Positions 8,532 to 17,450 are shown, numbered from the stretch's first letter. The stretch is 63,938 bases of DNA from Candidatus Peregrinibacteria bacterium (GCA_037143575.1 JBAWYM010000002.1:1-63938); one strand, 5' to 3'. Notes: generated by a model from the sequence alone, not told the origin. A program made the numbers and translations.

Positions 8532-9308
8532 ATGATTCCAGAACTCGAACAATTCGGCTTTACCCGCAACGAAGCGAATGTGTATCTCGCGGCGCTGAAG
8601 TTAGGGGCGACAACGGTTTCCAAACTTGCGAACGCTACAGGGCTCAATCGCATTACCGTCCACAGTATCGTGGAGAAATTTGAGGCGATGCAGCTTTTGC
8701 AAAGCAGTCTCGAAGGCAAGCGTCGTCGAATTTCCGCAGCATCTCCGGGTCGTCTGAGCGTGATTCTCGATATGCGCGAGGATGAACTCCTTCAGAAGAA
8801 GCGTGCGCTCTCCCGGGTTCTTCCCTCCCTAGACGATGCCTTCCGCATGGCGCAACGGGGCATTCAGATCCGCTCGTTCCATGGCGAAAAAGGGTACGAG
8901 CAAATTTGTCTGGATGTGCTTACGTCCAAAACGGAAACACTGGAATACGCCAATATCGAAGCACTGATGTCGGTGATTGGCCCGTACGTCGCCAGCGATT
9001 ACCTCCCCACGAAATATCGCCTGCAGCTTTCCACGAAGTTTCTGTATCTCGATACGCCGGGGGCACATCAGTACATCCAGAAAGCCTATCTCGATCCGCC
9101 TGAGGCTTCTCCCATGGAAGCGAAATTCATTCCTTCCGATGAATTTCAGCTGGATTCCTTCTTCGTCATTTACGACGATAAGCTCGCCATCCTCACGCCA
9201 TCGACCATGGATGGTGTCATCATCCAGGATAAGGGCATGTACGAGGCATTGCGATCATTTTTTTACTTTGTGTGGGGGCGTGCGGGGGAGGCGGTGGGGA
9301 ATCGATGA
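8532..9308 (+). CDS. TrmB-family transcriptional regulator
   Basis: 'FGFTRNEANVYLAALKLGATTVSKLANATGLNRITVHSIVEKF' is a TrmB-type winged HTH. I chose the start at ATG 8532, because the 8454 start translates a hairpin repeat. Confidence 0.7.
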   Translation: MIPELEQFGFTRNEANVYLAALKLGATTVSKLANATGLNRITVHSIVEKFEAMQLLQSSLEGKRRRISAASPGRLSVILDMREDELLQKKRALSRVLPSLDDAFRMAQRGIQIRSFHGEKGYEQICLDVLTSKTETLEYANIEALMSVIGPYVASDYLPTKYRLQLSTKFLYLDTPGAHQYIQKAYLDPPEASPMEAKFIPSDEFQLDSFFVIYDDKLAILTPSTMDGVIIQDKGMYEALRSFFYFVWGRAGEAVGNR

Positions 9309-9380
9309 AGAGGACTTCTCTCCTTCATACCTTGATGATCCACTCTTGCAGAGGACAACACAAACGGTTACACTGTGTGT

Positions 9381-9662
9381 ATGCGCAAAAAATCCGACGC
9401 CAATCTCCATATTCGTCTTCCTGCCAAGCTCAAGCGGGGCGCAGAGAAGGTCCTCGAAGCATTGGGGCTGGATTCCTCATCGGCCATACGTCTCTTTTAC
9501 ACACAGTTGACTCTCCAGCAGACTCTGCCGTTTCCCCTACCCAAGCTTCGTGTGATGTCACCCCGCACACACAAAATCGTTTCCGCTGCCCTCAAAGATG
9601 ATGTCATTGGACCATTTTCTACTCCGGAAAATGCCCTGAAAGCTCTCTATGCTGCAACATGA
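9381..9662 (+). CDS. dinJ: RelB/DinJ-family antitoxin
   Basis: 'ANLHIRLPAKLKRGAEKVLEALGLDSSSAIRLFYTQL' is a DinJ-like ribbon-helix-helix. It lies directly upstream of, and overlaps, the YafQ-like gene. Confidence 0.65.
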   Translation: MRKKSDANLHIRLPAKLKRGAEKVLEALGLDSSSAIRLFYTQLTLQQTLPFPLPKLRVMSPRTHKIVSAALKDDVIGPFSTPENALKALYAAT

Positions 9663-9918
9663 ATTCACCCGCACATTTTTGAAAGACATGAAACGGTGGC
9701 GCAAGGCAGGGAAAAGCATGCAACCCTTTGAAGATTTTCTCCTCACCATCAGAGAGACGTGGCCACCTGCGCCAAAGTATGAAGCCCATGTACTTGTAGG
9801 TTCGCTCAGTGGTATTTGGGACATTCATCTGCGGCAGAATTGGATCGTTCTTGCACGGTTTGAATCCGGGGTTGTTCGGTTTTTACGAATGGGTACACAC
9901 GCGGAATTAAGCTTATAA
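9649..9918 (+). CDS. yafQ: YafQ/RelE-family mRNA interferase toxin
   Basis: 'FLKDMKRWRKAGK...HVLVGSLSGIWDIHLRQNWIVL...LRMGTHAEL' matches the YafQ pattern. It overlaps dinJ by 14 nt. Confidence 0.7.
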   Translation: MLQHEFTRTFLKDMKRWRKAGKSMQPFEDFLLTIRETWPPAPKYEAHVLVGSLSGIWDIHLRQNWIVLARFESGVVRFLRMGTHAELSL

Positions 9919-10002
9919 TACGCGGATCCATAGTCTGTCTTGAAATATGTGTACCAAAAGGGTACACTTTAGGTACTTTAAAGTATCCCTTCCCCATCTC
10001 CC

Positions 10003-10251
10003 ATGATCACCCGGACAATCGGCATCAAAGAATTTCGGCAGAACATCACGAAGCTCAGTAAGCAGGCAAAGAAGGAGAAGATGTGCTTCATTGTCATGAA
10101 TCACCAAGTGCCCATGGGGCGCTTCGAGCCGATCGATGAGGATGAGCTGATCCTGGAAAAGTTCTGGCCGGAGATCCAGAGAAGCCTTGAGCAGGCAAAG
10201 GAAGGGAAAACGATTTCATCGGCTGAACTTCGCAAACGTTTAGGATTATAA
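10003..10251 (+). CDS. Phd/YefM-like antitoxin
   Basis: The 82-aa ORF has 'IGIKEFRQNITKLSKQAKKEKMCFIVMNHQVPMGRFEPI'. It lies 8 nt upstream of a RelE/ParE toxin gene. Confidence 0.55.
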   Translation: MITRTIGIKEFRQNITKLSKQAKKEKMCFIVMNHQVPMGRFEPIDEDELILEKFWPEIQRSLEQAKEGKTISSAELRKRLGL

Positions 10252-10258
10252 TTAGGCC

Positions 10259-10525
10259 ATGCGTGTTCGCTATACCGATGAAGCAGAGCTCTGTATGAAG
10301 CGCCTTCCCAGGCATATTGCTCGCAGGATTGCAGACAAAATCGACTGGTATGCGGAGCAGAAAGTACCATTATCTTTTGCACGTCGGTTATGGGATCCGG
10401 TTGATACCCTCTTTCGTTTCCGCATCGGCGACTACCGCGCAATTTTTCGCTTGGAGGGATGCACCCTAGAAATCATCCTTATCCTTACAGTGAAGCACAG
10501 GAAAGAGGTGTATAGGGGTGTGTAA
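10259..10525 (+). CDS. RelE/ParE-family toxin
   Basis: 'FRFRIGDYRAIFRLEGCTLEIILILTVKHRKEVY' is the classic RelE/ParE C-terminal motif. Confidence 0.7.
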   Translation: MRVRYTDEAELCMKRLPRHIARRIADKIDWYAEQKVPLSFARRLWDPVDTLFRFRIGDYRAIFRLEGCTLEIILILTVKHRKEVYRGV

Positions 10526-10534
10526 TACTTCGCT

Positions 10535-11224
10535 CTATCCCACGCATGGCCATCGATGACGCATGGGGAATGTCTCTCTGATCACCAGCACAATCGCGCG
10601 GATATTCATCGCGATTGCGAAGAGACAACCGATCATGAAAAGCTCAGCGCCTCCACTCGTGTACCCAAGGATCTGCATATGTATTTCTTGGGCGTGAGCG
10701 ACAGCGGGGATAAGCATACGCAGAGCAGGGGCGACAAGGAGGAGCGTCATGAAGCTGATTCCAAAGAAGAGGAGAAAACTACGGATCATATCTGCGATGA
10801 CGCGCATATTTCTATGGAACAGAATGATTCCGAGATATACGACAGAGAAGATGGTATACATGGATCCCATGAATGAGAGAGCGAGGGACACATAGCCGAT
10901 GAACATCCAGAAACAGAGGAAGATGAACGGCAGACTGACGATGAGCATGAAAGCTGCGAGGAAGATTTTCGTGAGAGGATGTCCCGCATGCAGGCGAAGG
11001 GCATACCTCAGACTGTAGGGAATGACCGAGAAGAAGTAGATGACGAAAAAGAGCGGCAGGACCGAGAGGCCGCTGAAGATGAGGAAGCGTGTGTAGCCCG
11101 GGTTGTGCGGAGCGAAGAAATGCCACAAAGTGATTATGAAGAATATGCTATTAAGTACGACAGGCACGATGGTCGACCAGAGGAATCCCAGCCGTGTGCG
11201 CAGGAGTTCCTTTTTCATCATCAA
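10535..11224 (-). CDS. hypothetical polytopic membrane protein
   Basis: The 229-aa ORF has about 6 hydrophobic segments. It overlaps the purH stop by 4 nt. Confidence 0.5.
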   Translation of the reverse strand: MMMKKELLRTRLGFLWSTIVPVVLNSIFFIITLWHFFAPHNPGYTRFLIFSGLSVLPLFFVIYFFSVIPYSLRYALRLHAGHPLTKIFLAAFMLIVSLPFIFLCFWMFIGYVSLALSFMGSMYTIFSVVYLGIILFHRNMRVIADMIRSFLLFFGISFMTLLLVAPALRMLIPAVAHAQEIHMQILGYTSGGAELFMIGCLFAIAMNIRAIVLVIRETFPMRHRWPCVG

Positions 11225-12780
11225 TGGCGGAACCCTCTCACCCCCGTAAATACCATCGTGATGCCCAGCGCATCCGCCTTCGCGATCACTTCCTGATCCC
11301 GCACTGATCCTCCCGGCTGGACGATGGCGCTGATGCCGTGCTTGGCCGCTTCTTCCACGGAATCCGGGAAGGGGAAGAACGCATCCGACGCCATCACCGC
11401 GCCCTTAGCTTTCTCTCCGGCTCTTCGGGCGGCGATCATCGTTGCGTCGACGCGGCTCGTTTGCCCTGCACCAATGCCGATGGTTACCGCGTCCTTCACG
11501 AAGACGATGGCATTGCTCTTGGCGTGCTTCACGACCTTCCAGGCGAAAAGGAGATCGCGGATCTGCTCCTTCGTCGGCTTCTTCTCCGTCACGCACGTCA
11601 GGTCTTTTGCGGTGATGACCCGCGTATCGAGATTCTGGATCAGCATGCCCCCGAGGGCTGAACGGTAACTTGTGAACTGTGAACTGTTAACAGTTAACTG
11701 TTGACTGTGCCCGATAGCCCTGACTTTCGGCTTCTTCTTGAGAAGCTCCAGCGCCTTCGGCTCATACGACGGTGCGATGATGATTTCGGTGAAAATCTTC
11801 TGCTCCAGGATTCTTTCGATGATGCTTGCAGAGCAGGTCCGGTTCATAGCGATGATCACCCCGAAGGCGGAGAGACGGTCGGCGTCGTAGGCGATCTGGA
11901 ACGCTTCGGCGATCTTCTTGTGCGAAGCGACTCCACAGGGATTGGCGTGCTTGATGCAGGCGACAGTAGGTTCCAAAAATTCACAGACGAGATTCCACGC
12001 GCCATCGGCATCGAGAATATTGAGGTAGCTGATGCCTTTTTCTTTGTCTTCCTGCAGAACTTTCCACTCTGGAGGATTGCCGGCGATTTCATAAAATGCA
12101 CCCCACTGATGCGGATTTTCGCCGTAGCGCAGGAGGGTTTTCTTGGTGAGGAGCACACCGGTGTGCTCACCTCCTGAGAGTGTTTTCGTAATTGCGGTAT
12201 CGTAGGTCGCGGTGTGGAGGAAGACTTTTTCGGCGAGTTCATTGCGCAATCCCAGCAGAAGATCGCGATCTTCTGCTGGGAGATCGAGAGTGAGAGACTG
12301 CAGCACTCGATCGTAGTCATCTGGATCGCAGATAACGGTGACATTCGCAGCATTCTTGGCGGCGGCGCGCAGCAAGCTCGGCCCACCGATATCGATTTGT
12401 TCGATGAGTTCTTCGCGCTTCGCATCTTTCTTCTCCGCAGTTTCTTCGAACGGATACAGATTCACGCAGACGACATCAATCGGTTCGATGCCAAGCTTCT
12501 TCGCCTCCTTCACCTGTTCCTTATCTTCACGCTTGAAAAGAATCCCGCCGAAAATCAGGGGATGCAGTGTCTTCAGTCGTCCGCCAAAGCACTCGGGAAA
12601 TCCGGTGATTTTCTCCACAGACGTTACGGGGATTTTCTTTTTGCGGAGCGCTTTTTCCGTTCCTCCTGTGGAGATGATTTCGTAGCCGAGTTTGATGAGC
12701 CCTGCGGCGAAGGATTCAATTCCGCGTTTGTCACTGACCGAGAGGAGGGCGCGCTTGTGCACGGGGGAAGGGTACAGCAA
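11221..12780 (-). CDS. purH: bifunctional AICAR transformylase / IMP cyclohydrolase
   Basis: 'KRALLSVSDKRGIESFAAGL...ISTGGT' is an MGS-like IMPCH domain, followed by a full AICARFT domain. The track start is TTG at 12780. A GTG at 12762, preceded by 'cccttccccc', is an alternative. Confidence 0.9.
   Translation of the reverse strand: MLYPSPVHKRALLSVSDKRGIESFAAGLIKLGYEIISTGGTEKALRKKKIPVTSVEKITGFPECFGGRLKTLHPLIFGGILFKREDKEQVKEAKKLGIEPIDVVCVNLYPFEETAEKKDAKREELIEQIDIGGPSLLRAAAKNAANVTVICDPDDYDRVLQSLTLDLPAEDRDLLLGLRNELAEKVFLHTATYDTAITKTLSGGEHTGVLLTKKTLLRYGENPHQWGAFYEIAGNPPEWKVLQEDKEKGISYLNILDADGAWNLVCEFLEPTVACIKHANPCGVASHKKIAEAFQIAYDADRLSAFGVIIAMNRTCSASIIERILEQKIFTEIIIAPSYEPKALELLKKKPKVRAIGHSQQLTVNSSQFTSYRSALGGMLIQNLDTRVITAKDLTCVTEKKPTKEQIRDLLFAWKVVKHAKSNAIVFVKDAVTIGIGAGQTSRVDATMIAARRAGEKAKGAVMASDAFFPFPDSVEEAAKHGISAIVQPGGSVRDQEVIAKADALGITMVFTGVRGFRH
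11666..11707. repeat. six tandem degenerate heptamers inside the purH CDS
   Basis: 'taacttg tgaactg tgaactg ttaacag ttaactg ttgactg' totals 42 nt, so the frame is preserved. It encodes 'QQLTVNSSQFTSY' in a variable PurH loop. Confidence 0.6.
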
Positions 12781-12855
12781 GAGGACTCTTCCATGAGAGA
12801 AAATGTCTAAGAGAGAAATTGACTATATACATTAAATAGTATTTAATAACATACC

Positions 12856-13515
12856 GTGGCAATCACTCTTCCTTCACCGGCTCATGCGACCGAACTGCGC
12901 GAAAGGGTGACTGCGCTTGTAGACCGAAAGCCGATTCCGAAAGAACAGGAGAGACAATTGGAGATTCGCATCCGTGAGATGCTTCATGAAGTTGCAGAAG
13001 CCATTATTGATCTAATGTTTGAACCCGAGGCAGAGGCAATGCATAAAATCGAACTAATGCTTCATCCGATAACGATAAATTATCGGGATCGGATTTCGGG
13101 GAACATCATGACTGGAGATACTACTTACTTAAATCCTCCATTTAGCAATGTCGATGATCGCTTACTCAAGGGATTGCTTCTCGGCGTTAGCGATATCCTG
13201 ATTGAGCAACCTGTCACCGAAAGAAGGAAACTTCTCTCGAGACTTTTCAACCGCGTGAAATTCGAAAGCCTGGATTCGCAGCCCTTGCGCGCAGAGAACA
13301 GGTGGACCGAAGAGTTGAGCCTCATGGATGATGATATGCGTCATTCCCTATCCTGTCGGTGTATCGTTGCTCTCGGGAATCTGATGTTCTGGGGGGATTC
13401 CGGTTATTCTGGAAGATCGAATGCAGCCGAAGGGTTTCAGCAAGTCGCTGGGCTTGGCGAGCGAAAAATATTTTTCAAAAATGATCAGTCCCCACGCACC
13501 GAATCTCATGAGTGA
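12856..13515 (+). CDS. hypothetical protein
   Basis: The 219-aa ORF starts with GTG and lies in a locally AT-richer stretch. I recognise no domain. Confidence 0.4.
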   Translation: MAITLPSPAHATELRERVTALVDRKPIPKEQERQLEIRIREMLHEVAEAIIDLMFEPEAEAMHKIELMLHPITINYRDRISGNIMTGDTTYLNPPFSNVDDRLLKGLLLGVSDILIEQPVTERRKLLSRLFNRVKFESLDSQPLRAENRWTEELSLMDDDMRHSLSCRCIVALGNLMFWGDSGYSGRSNAAEGFQQVAGLGERKIFFKNDQSPRTESHE

Positions 13516-13879
13516 ATATCTCCACACCCCTCTCCGGAAAAATCATCCCCATTTTGTTGACGCTCAAGCTCAGGCGAATAGAGTGCCGCAAATGTCAGAT
13601 TTAGAAATCGATGTTGGAGATCAGATTTTCCTTAAGCCCAAGGGAAATAATGGCGCAGAAGTTTTTCCACTTGTGTGCCGACGCGAGGTTGCCAATAGAC
13701 CGCCGAGACTATCCGATATCACCATAAAATTAAATCCAAATATCACCGTCCACATTGTTGAAAGGACATCCGATGGAGGTGCCACATTCTTGAACCCCAA
13801 AGATCCCAAGAAATTATGTTTTGCTACTGGTCAGCAACTGCGAACGTTGTTTGAAAGACAGTCAAAAGTCTCTGAGTAA
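13508..13879 (+). CDS. hypothetical protein
   Basis: An ATG at 13508 overlaps the upstream stop (ATGAGTGA), which suggests translational coupling. The longer 13421 start is also possible. I recognise no domain. Confidence 0.35.
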   Translation: MSEYLHTPLRKNHPHFVDAQAQANRVPQMSDLEIDVGDQIFLKPKGNNGAEVFPLVCRREVANRPPRLSDITIKLNPNITVHIVERTSDGGATFLNPKDPKKLCFATGQQLRTLFERQSKVSE

Positions 13880-14234
13880 AAATGATTTTGTTAAGGTTGT
13901 AAAAAGCATGCCATGGTTCGACGCGGCTCACTACAGGTGAACGCCACCTACGGTTGGTTTCGACATCAGTGTCTCTTGTCGAACCAGAAAGAGTGCGTTT
14001 GGTGGAAGACGATGCTTCTTCCTGCCCTCATCCCCGCCTTCTCCCTTTTCTGCCAAGGGCGTGTTGAGAACGTAGCTTTGTAGAGCATTGGGAGCAGGGA
14101 GAAGGGGTTGTGTGTGTTTTTGTTGTTCTCATACCTGTACGTGCTTCGTCTCATGAACTGATCATGTGTCACTCCTGCAAGAAATCCGGTGGTTCACTCG
14201 GCTCACCATGAAAGGCTTTGGCTCAGCCAAAAAA

Positions 14235-14266
14235 CCGCAGCTTGGGTTCATGAACCCAAGCTGCGG
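14235..14266. repeat. REP-like 32-nt perfect palindrome (GCAG/CTGC variant)
   Basis: 'ccgcagcttgggttca|tgaacccaagctgcgg' is preceded by an A-run. It has the same architecture as the hppA terminator. Confidence 0.7.
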
Positions 14267-14283
14267 TTGGCTTGTTATTTCGA

Positions 14284-14310
14284 TTACATGAACAGCGCCG
14301 CCAGCGCCAG
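14284..14310 (-). pseudogene. orphan fragment duplicating the last codons and stop of hppA
   Basis: 'ttacatgaacagcgccgccagcgccag' compares with the genuine hppA end 'ttacatgaacagcgccgccagtgccag' at 15387..15413. Confidence 0.65.
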
Positions 14311-14326
14311 TGGGCCATCAGGTTCC

Positions 14327-14974
14327 TTATGGTGTAGTCATAGGCTTGAAGTCATTGTCGCATTGAAATTCTCCCAGAACATTTTCGAACATCCTGTTGC
14401 TCTTTTCTGCGAGCGTTTCTGGTGTGAGCTTCTGCCCGAATGCATGTACTGCGATCTGTACAATGTCCTTTGACGAATATGATCCTCGCCTTGAAATTGT
14501 GATGCCTGCCATTCCAGTGCGCCTTGTGAGAGCGCGAATCATTTTTACTAATGGCAGTTGTTCCTCTCGATCAATTGCGCAGGAAGCCTGCACTGTTTTA
14601 TTGCACGACTGTCGATTTTCCTTCATGACTCCAAATATGTGGAAAAATGATGGTTTCTCTATAGGTGATTGCTGAAGTACCTTCGTTACAGCAGCAAGGA
14701 TCTTCGCAGCCACTGCAAAGGTATTGGTTTTGGGATCTCGGATAGATAAATATACATCTCCATCCCAAGGATCAGGCAATTTTGCTCCGGTAATGCCGAT
14801 AGCATCGCGACCTTTGGTAAAGGTCATACCCCTGCATTGAAATAGCTTCATTATTTTTTCTAGTTTTTTTCTAACTGTTCTGATGATGTCTTCAGATACA
14901 GATTCTGCATCCGCTACAAGGATCATCTCCAGTTGGTCGAATGGTTTCAAGAACATGTTATTATGATTCAACAC
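14327..14974 (-). CDS. hypothetical protein (215 aa)
   Basis: It is an intact ORF lying between two REP/hppA-end repeat units, in an AT-richer stretch. I recognise no domain. Confidence 0.45.
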   Translation of the reverse strand: MLNHNNMFLKPFDQLEMILVADAESVSEDIIRTVRKKLEKIMKLFQCRGMTFTKGRDAIGITGAKLPDPWDGDVYLSIRDPKTNTFAVAAKILAAVTKVLQQSPIEKPSFFHIFGVMKENRQSCNKTVQASCAIDREEQLPLVKMIRALTRRTGMAGITISRRGSYSSKDIVQIAVHAFGQKLTPETLAEKSNRMFENVLGEFQCDNDFKPMTTP

Positions 14975-15102
14975 TTAATATGTTATGTCAATAATTTTGG
15001 CACGGCATTTTCACTGGAAGATTTACCCCTTATCGAGGTGTGTTCAAAGCAATTCGGGGTAGAGGTTCTTCGGCAATCTTTTTTCTTAACTCATCATTTA
15101 AA

Positions 15103-15134
15103 CCGCAGCCGAGGTTGACGAACCTTGGCTGCGG
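15103..15134. repeat. REP-like palindrome (GCAG variant) followed by a second orphan hppA-end fragment (15152..15167)
   Basis: 'ccgcagccgaggtt gacg aaccttggctgcgg' has one G:T position in the stem. 'ttacatgaacagcgcc' follows 17 nt downstream. Confidence 0.65.
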
Positions 15135-15180
15135 AAATTGTTGAATACCAATTACATGAACAGCGCCACGAGCCCATTGC

Positions 15181-15415
15181 AAAAGCATGCCATGGTTCGA
15201 TGCCTCTTCCTGCCCTCATCCCCGCCTTCTCCCTCTTCTGCCAAGGGCGTGTTGAGAACGTCCCTTTGTAGAGCATTGGGAGCAGGGAGAAGGGGGTGTG
15301 TGTGTTTTTGTCGTTAGTTTGTCTTTGGCTCAACCAAAAAACCGTAGGTGGGATTCGCGAATCCCACCTACGGTTTTTATTTCCGATTACATGAACAGCG
15401 CCGCCAGTGCCAGGG
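15181..15415. repeat. composite repeat, copy 2 (ends in the genuine hppA 3' end)
   Basis: See copy 1. The module 15199..15310 contains the internal stem 'ccttctccct'/'agggagaagg'. Confidence 0.75.
15342..15373 (-). terminator. hppA intrinsic terminator = REP-like GTAG/CTAC palindrome
   Basis: 'ccgtaggtgggattcg|cgaatcccacctacgg' is perfect and is flanked by an A-run and a T-run, so it could act in both directions. It begins 14 nt after the hppA stop. Confidence 0.75.
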
Positions 15416-17450
15416 TGAGCGTAGAGAAGAGCTTGATGAGGACGTGGAGGGATGGGCCTGCCGTGTCCTTGAAGGGATCGCCCACGGTGTCTCCCGTGAC
15501 CGCTGCCTGGTGAGCGGGGCTGCGCTTGCCGCCGTAGAGGCCGGACTCGATGAGCTTCTTGGCGTTGTCCCACGCTCCACCCGAGTTATTGAGGTAGGCC
15601 GCCATGAGGACACCGACGATGGTGCCGACCATGAGGAGACCGGCGACTGCTTCCTTGCCGAGCGCGACACCGATGACGATCGGGGCGAGGACGGCAACGA
15701 GACCGGGGAGGATCATTTCGTGCAGCGCACTCTTGGTGGCGATATCCACCGCTGCGGCGTAATCCGGATCTTCCGTACCGGCCATGATGCCTTTCTTCTC
15801 CCTGAACTGTCTGCGGACTTCCTCCACGATCACGCTTGCGGCACGGCCGACGGCGCGGATGGTGAGGGAGGTGAAGAAGAAGACGACCATCGCGCCGAGG
15901 AAGGCGCCGATGAAGACTTTCATATCGGAGAGATCCACAGACGTCAGGCCTTTTTCCTGCATGTACGCGGAGAAGAGGAGGAACGCGGCGAGGGCGGCGG
16001 AGCCCACGGCGTAGCCCTTCGTGAGGGCTTTGGTCGTGTTGCCCGTAGCATCGAGCTCATCGGTGACGAGGCGGTAGGATTCGGGAGCCTTGCTCATTTC
16101 CACGATGCCTCCGGCGTTATCCGTGATAGGGCCGAACATGTCCATGGCGAGCACGTAGCCGACGACAGCGAGCATGCCCATGGTCGCGATCGCCGTTCCG
16201 TAGACGCCGCCATTGGCGACACCGGACTGCACGCCGAACCAATGCGAGGTGAAGAGCGCGGCGCAAACCGCGAGGACGGAGAGCGCGGTGGATTCCATGC
16301 CGATGGCCGTGCCGGCGATGATGTTTGTGGCGTGGCCGGTCTGCGATGCCTGCGCGATGGCTTGCACCGGTCGATGCTGCTTGCTGGTGTAGTAGTCCGT
16401 GATGTAGACGAAGGCGACGGAGGTGAGCACACCGCTGACTCCGGCGTAGAAGAACCAGAGCCACTCACCATTTTGGTTGAGTAGGAGGCGCGTGGTGGCG
16501 GCGAGAGCAATCGTGGTGAGGACGGTCGTGACCCAGAAGCCGCGGATGAGTGCCTGCATCGGCAATTCACCGTCTTTCGCTTTCACCGAGTAGACGCCGA
16601 TGATGGCGGCCACAAGACCGATGGCGCGGAGGATTAAGGGGAACATGATACCGGGGAGGCCAAAGGCGGCGACTCCCAGGACCATCGCTCCGATATTCTC
16701 TGCGGAGATGGATTCGAACAGGTCCGCACCGCGACCGGCGCAGTCTCCAACGTTGTCTCCGACGAGGTCCGCGATGACGGCGGGATTCCTCGGATCATCC
16801 TCCGGAATGCCGGCTTCGATCTTTCCCACAATGTCCGCTCCCACGTCTGCAGCTTTGGTATAAATACCTCCGCCGAGCTGGGCGAAGAGGGCGACGAAGC
16901 TCGCTCCGAAGCCATAACCGACGATGAGGGTGGGGATCGCTCCTGCGTCCACTCCCAAGACGAGACGGTAGAAAAGGTAGAGTCCGCTGATGCCGAGGAG
17001 CGAGAGAGCGGTGATGACGATAGCCGATACCGTTCCACCGCGCAGGGACATTTTCAATGCTGCGTTGAGACCGTGCTCGGAAGCTCCGGCGGTCTTCAGA
17101 TTCGCTTTCGTGGCGACGATCATGCTGACGACTCCCGAGAGACCAGAGAGGAATGCTCCGAGGAGGAATGACCCGCTGACTTCCGCACCGTGTGCCCATC
17201 CTTCTGCACCTCCCGTGAGGCCGTAGATGACGAACATGACTACGGAGACGACCACCGTGAGAATCGTGATGGTCCGGTATTGCCGGCGGACGAAGGCGCG
17301 TGCTCCGGTGGAGATCGCCGCTGCGACTTTCTGCATCGCCGGAGTGCCATCCGGAGCGGCCTTCACGGCCTTCCAGAAGACGAGACTATAGAGGAGTCCT
17401 GCGACGGCGATGACCGGAGCGAAGAGCTCGAGGAAGAGTTCGGATCCCAT
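15387..17450 (-). CDS. hppA: membrane-bound H+-translocating pyrophosphatase, K+-independent type
   Basis: The protein is H+-PPase-like over its full length. 'GNTTKA' (Lys rather than GNTTAA) marks the K+-independent class. I chose the start at ATG 17450 ('MGSELFLELF'). Confidence 0.9.
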   Translation of the reverse strand: MGSELFLELFAPVIAVAGLLYSLVFWKAVKAAPDGTPAMQKVAAAISTGARAFVRRQYRTITILTVVVSVVMFVIYGLTGGAEGWAHGAEVSGSFLLGAFLSGLSGVVSMIVATKANLKTAGASEHGLNAALKMSLRGGTVSAIVITALSLLGISGLYLFYRLVLGVDAGAIPTLIVGYGFGASFVALFAQLGGGIYTKAADVGADIVGKIEAGIPEDDPRNPAVIADLVGDNVGDCAGRGADLFESISAENIGAMVLGVAAFGLPGIMFPLILRAIGLVAAIIGVYSVKAKDGELPMQALIRGFWVTTVLTTIALAATTRLLLNQNGEWLWFFYAGVSGVLTSVAFVYITDYYTSKQHRPVQAIAQASQTGHATNIIAGTAIGMESTALSVLAVCAALFTSHWFGVQSGVANGGVYGTAIATMGMLAVVGYVLAMDMFGPITDNAGGIVEMSKAPESYRLVTDELDATGNTTKALTKGYAVGSAALAAFLLFSAYMQEKGLTSVDLSDMKVFIGAFLGAMVVFFFTSLTIRAVGRAASVIVEEVRRQFREKKGIMAGTEDPDYAAAVDIATKSALHEMILPGLVAVLAPIVIGVALGKEAVAGLLMVGTIVGVLMAAYLNNSGGAWDNAKKLIESGLYGGKRSPAHQAAVTGDTVGDPFKDTAGPSLHVLIKLFSTLTLALAALFM

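Larger units (their letters stand above)
13902..14310. repeat. composite repeat, copy 1 (conserved ~115-bp module + REP-like palindrome + fragment of the hppA 3' end)
   Basis: Copy 1 shares 'aaaagcatgccatggttcga' with copy 2. It also shares the module 14001..14124, which is about 95% identical to 15199..15310, then 'ctttggctca.ccaaaaaaccg', a palindrome, and 'ttacatgaacagcgccgccag'. Relative to copy 2 it carries extra inserts. Confidence 0.75.

Noticed and set aside
15348-16484. A 378-aa ORF on the plus strand, with other long ORFs nested in the same region
   Set aside because: It lies entirely antisense to the well-supported hppA gene. Its composition is repetitive Gly/Glu/Asp/Arg-rich, as is typical of reverse-frame translation of a GC-rich membrane-protein gene.
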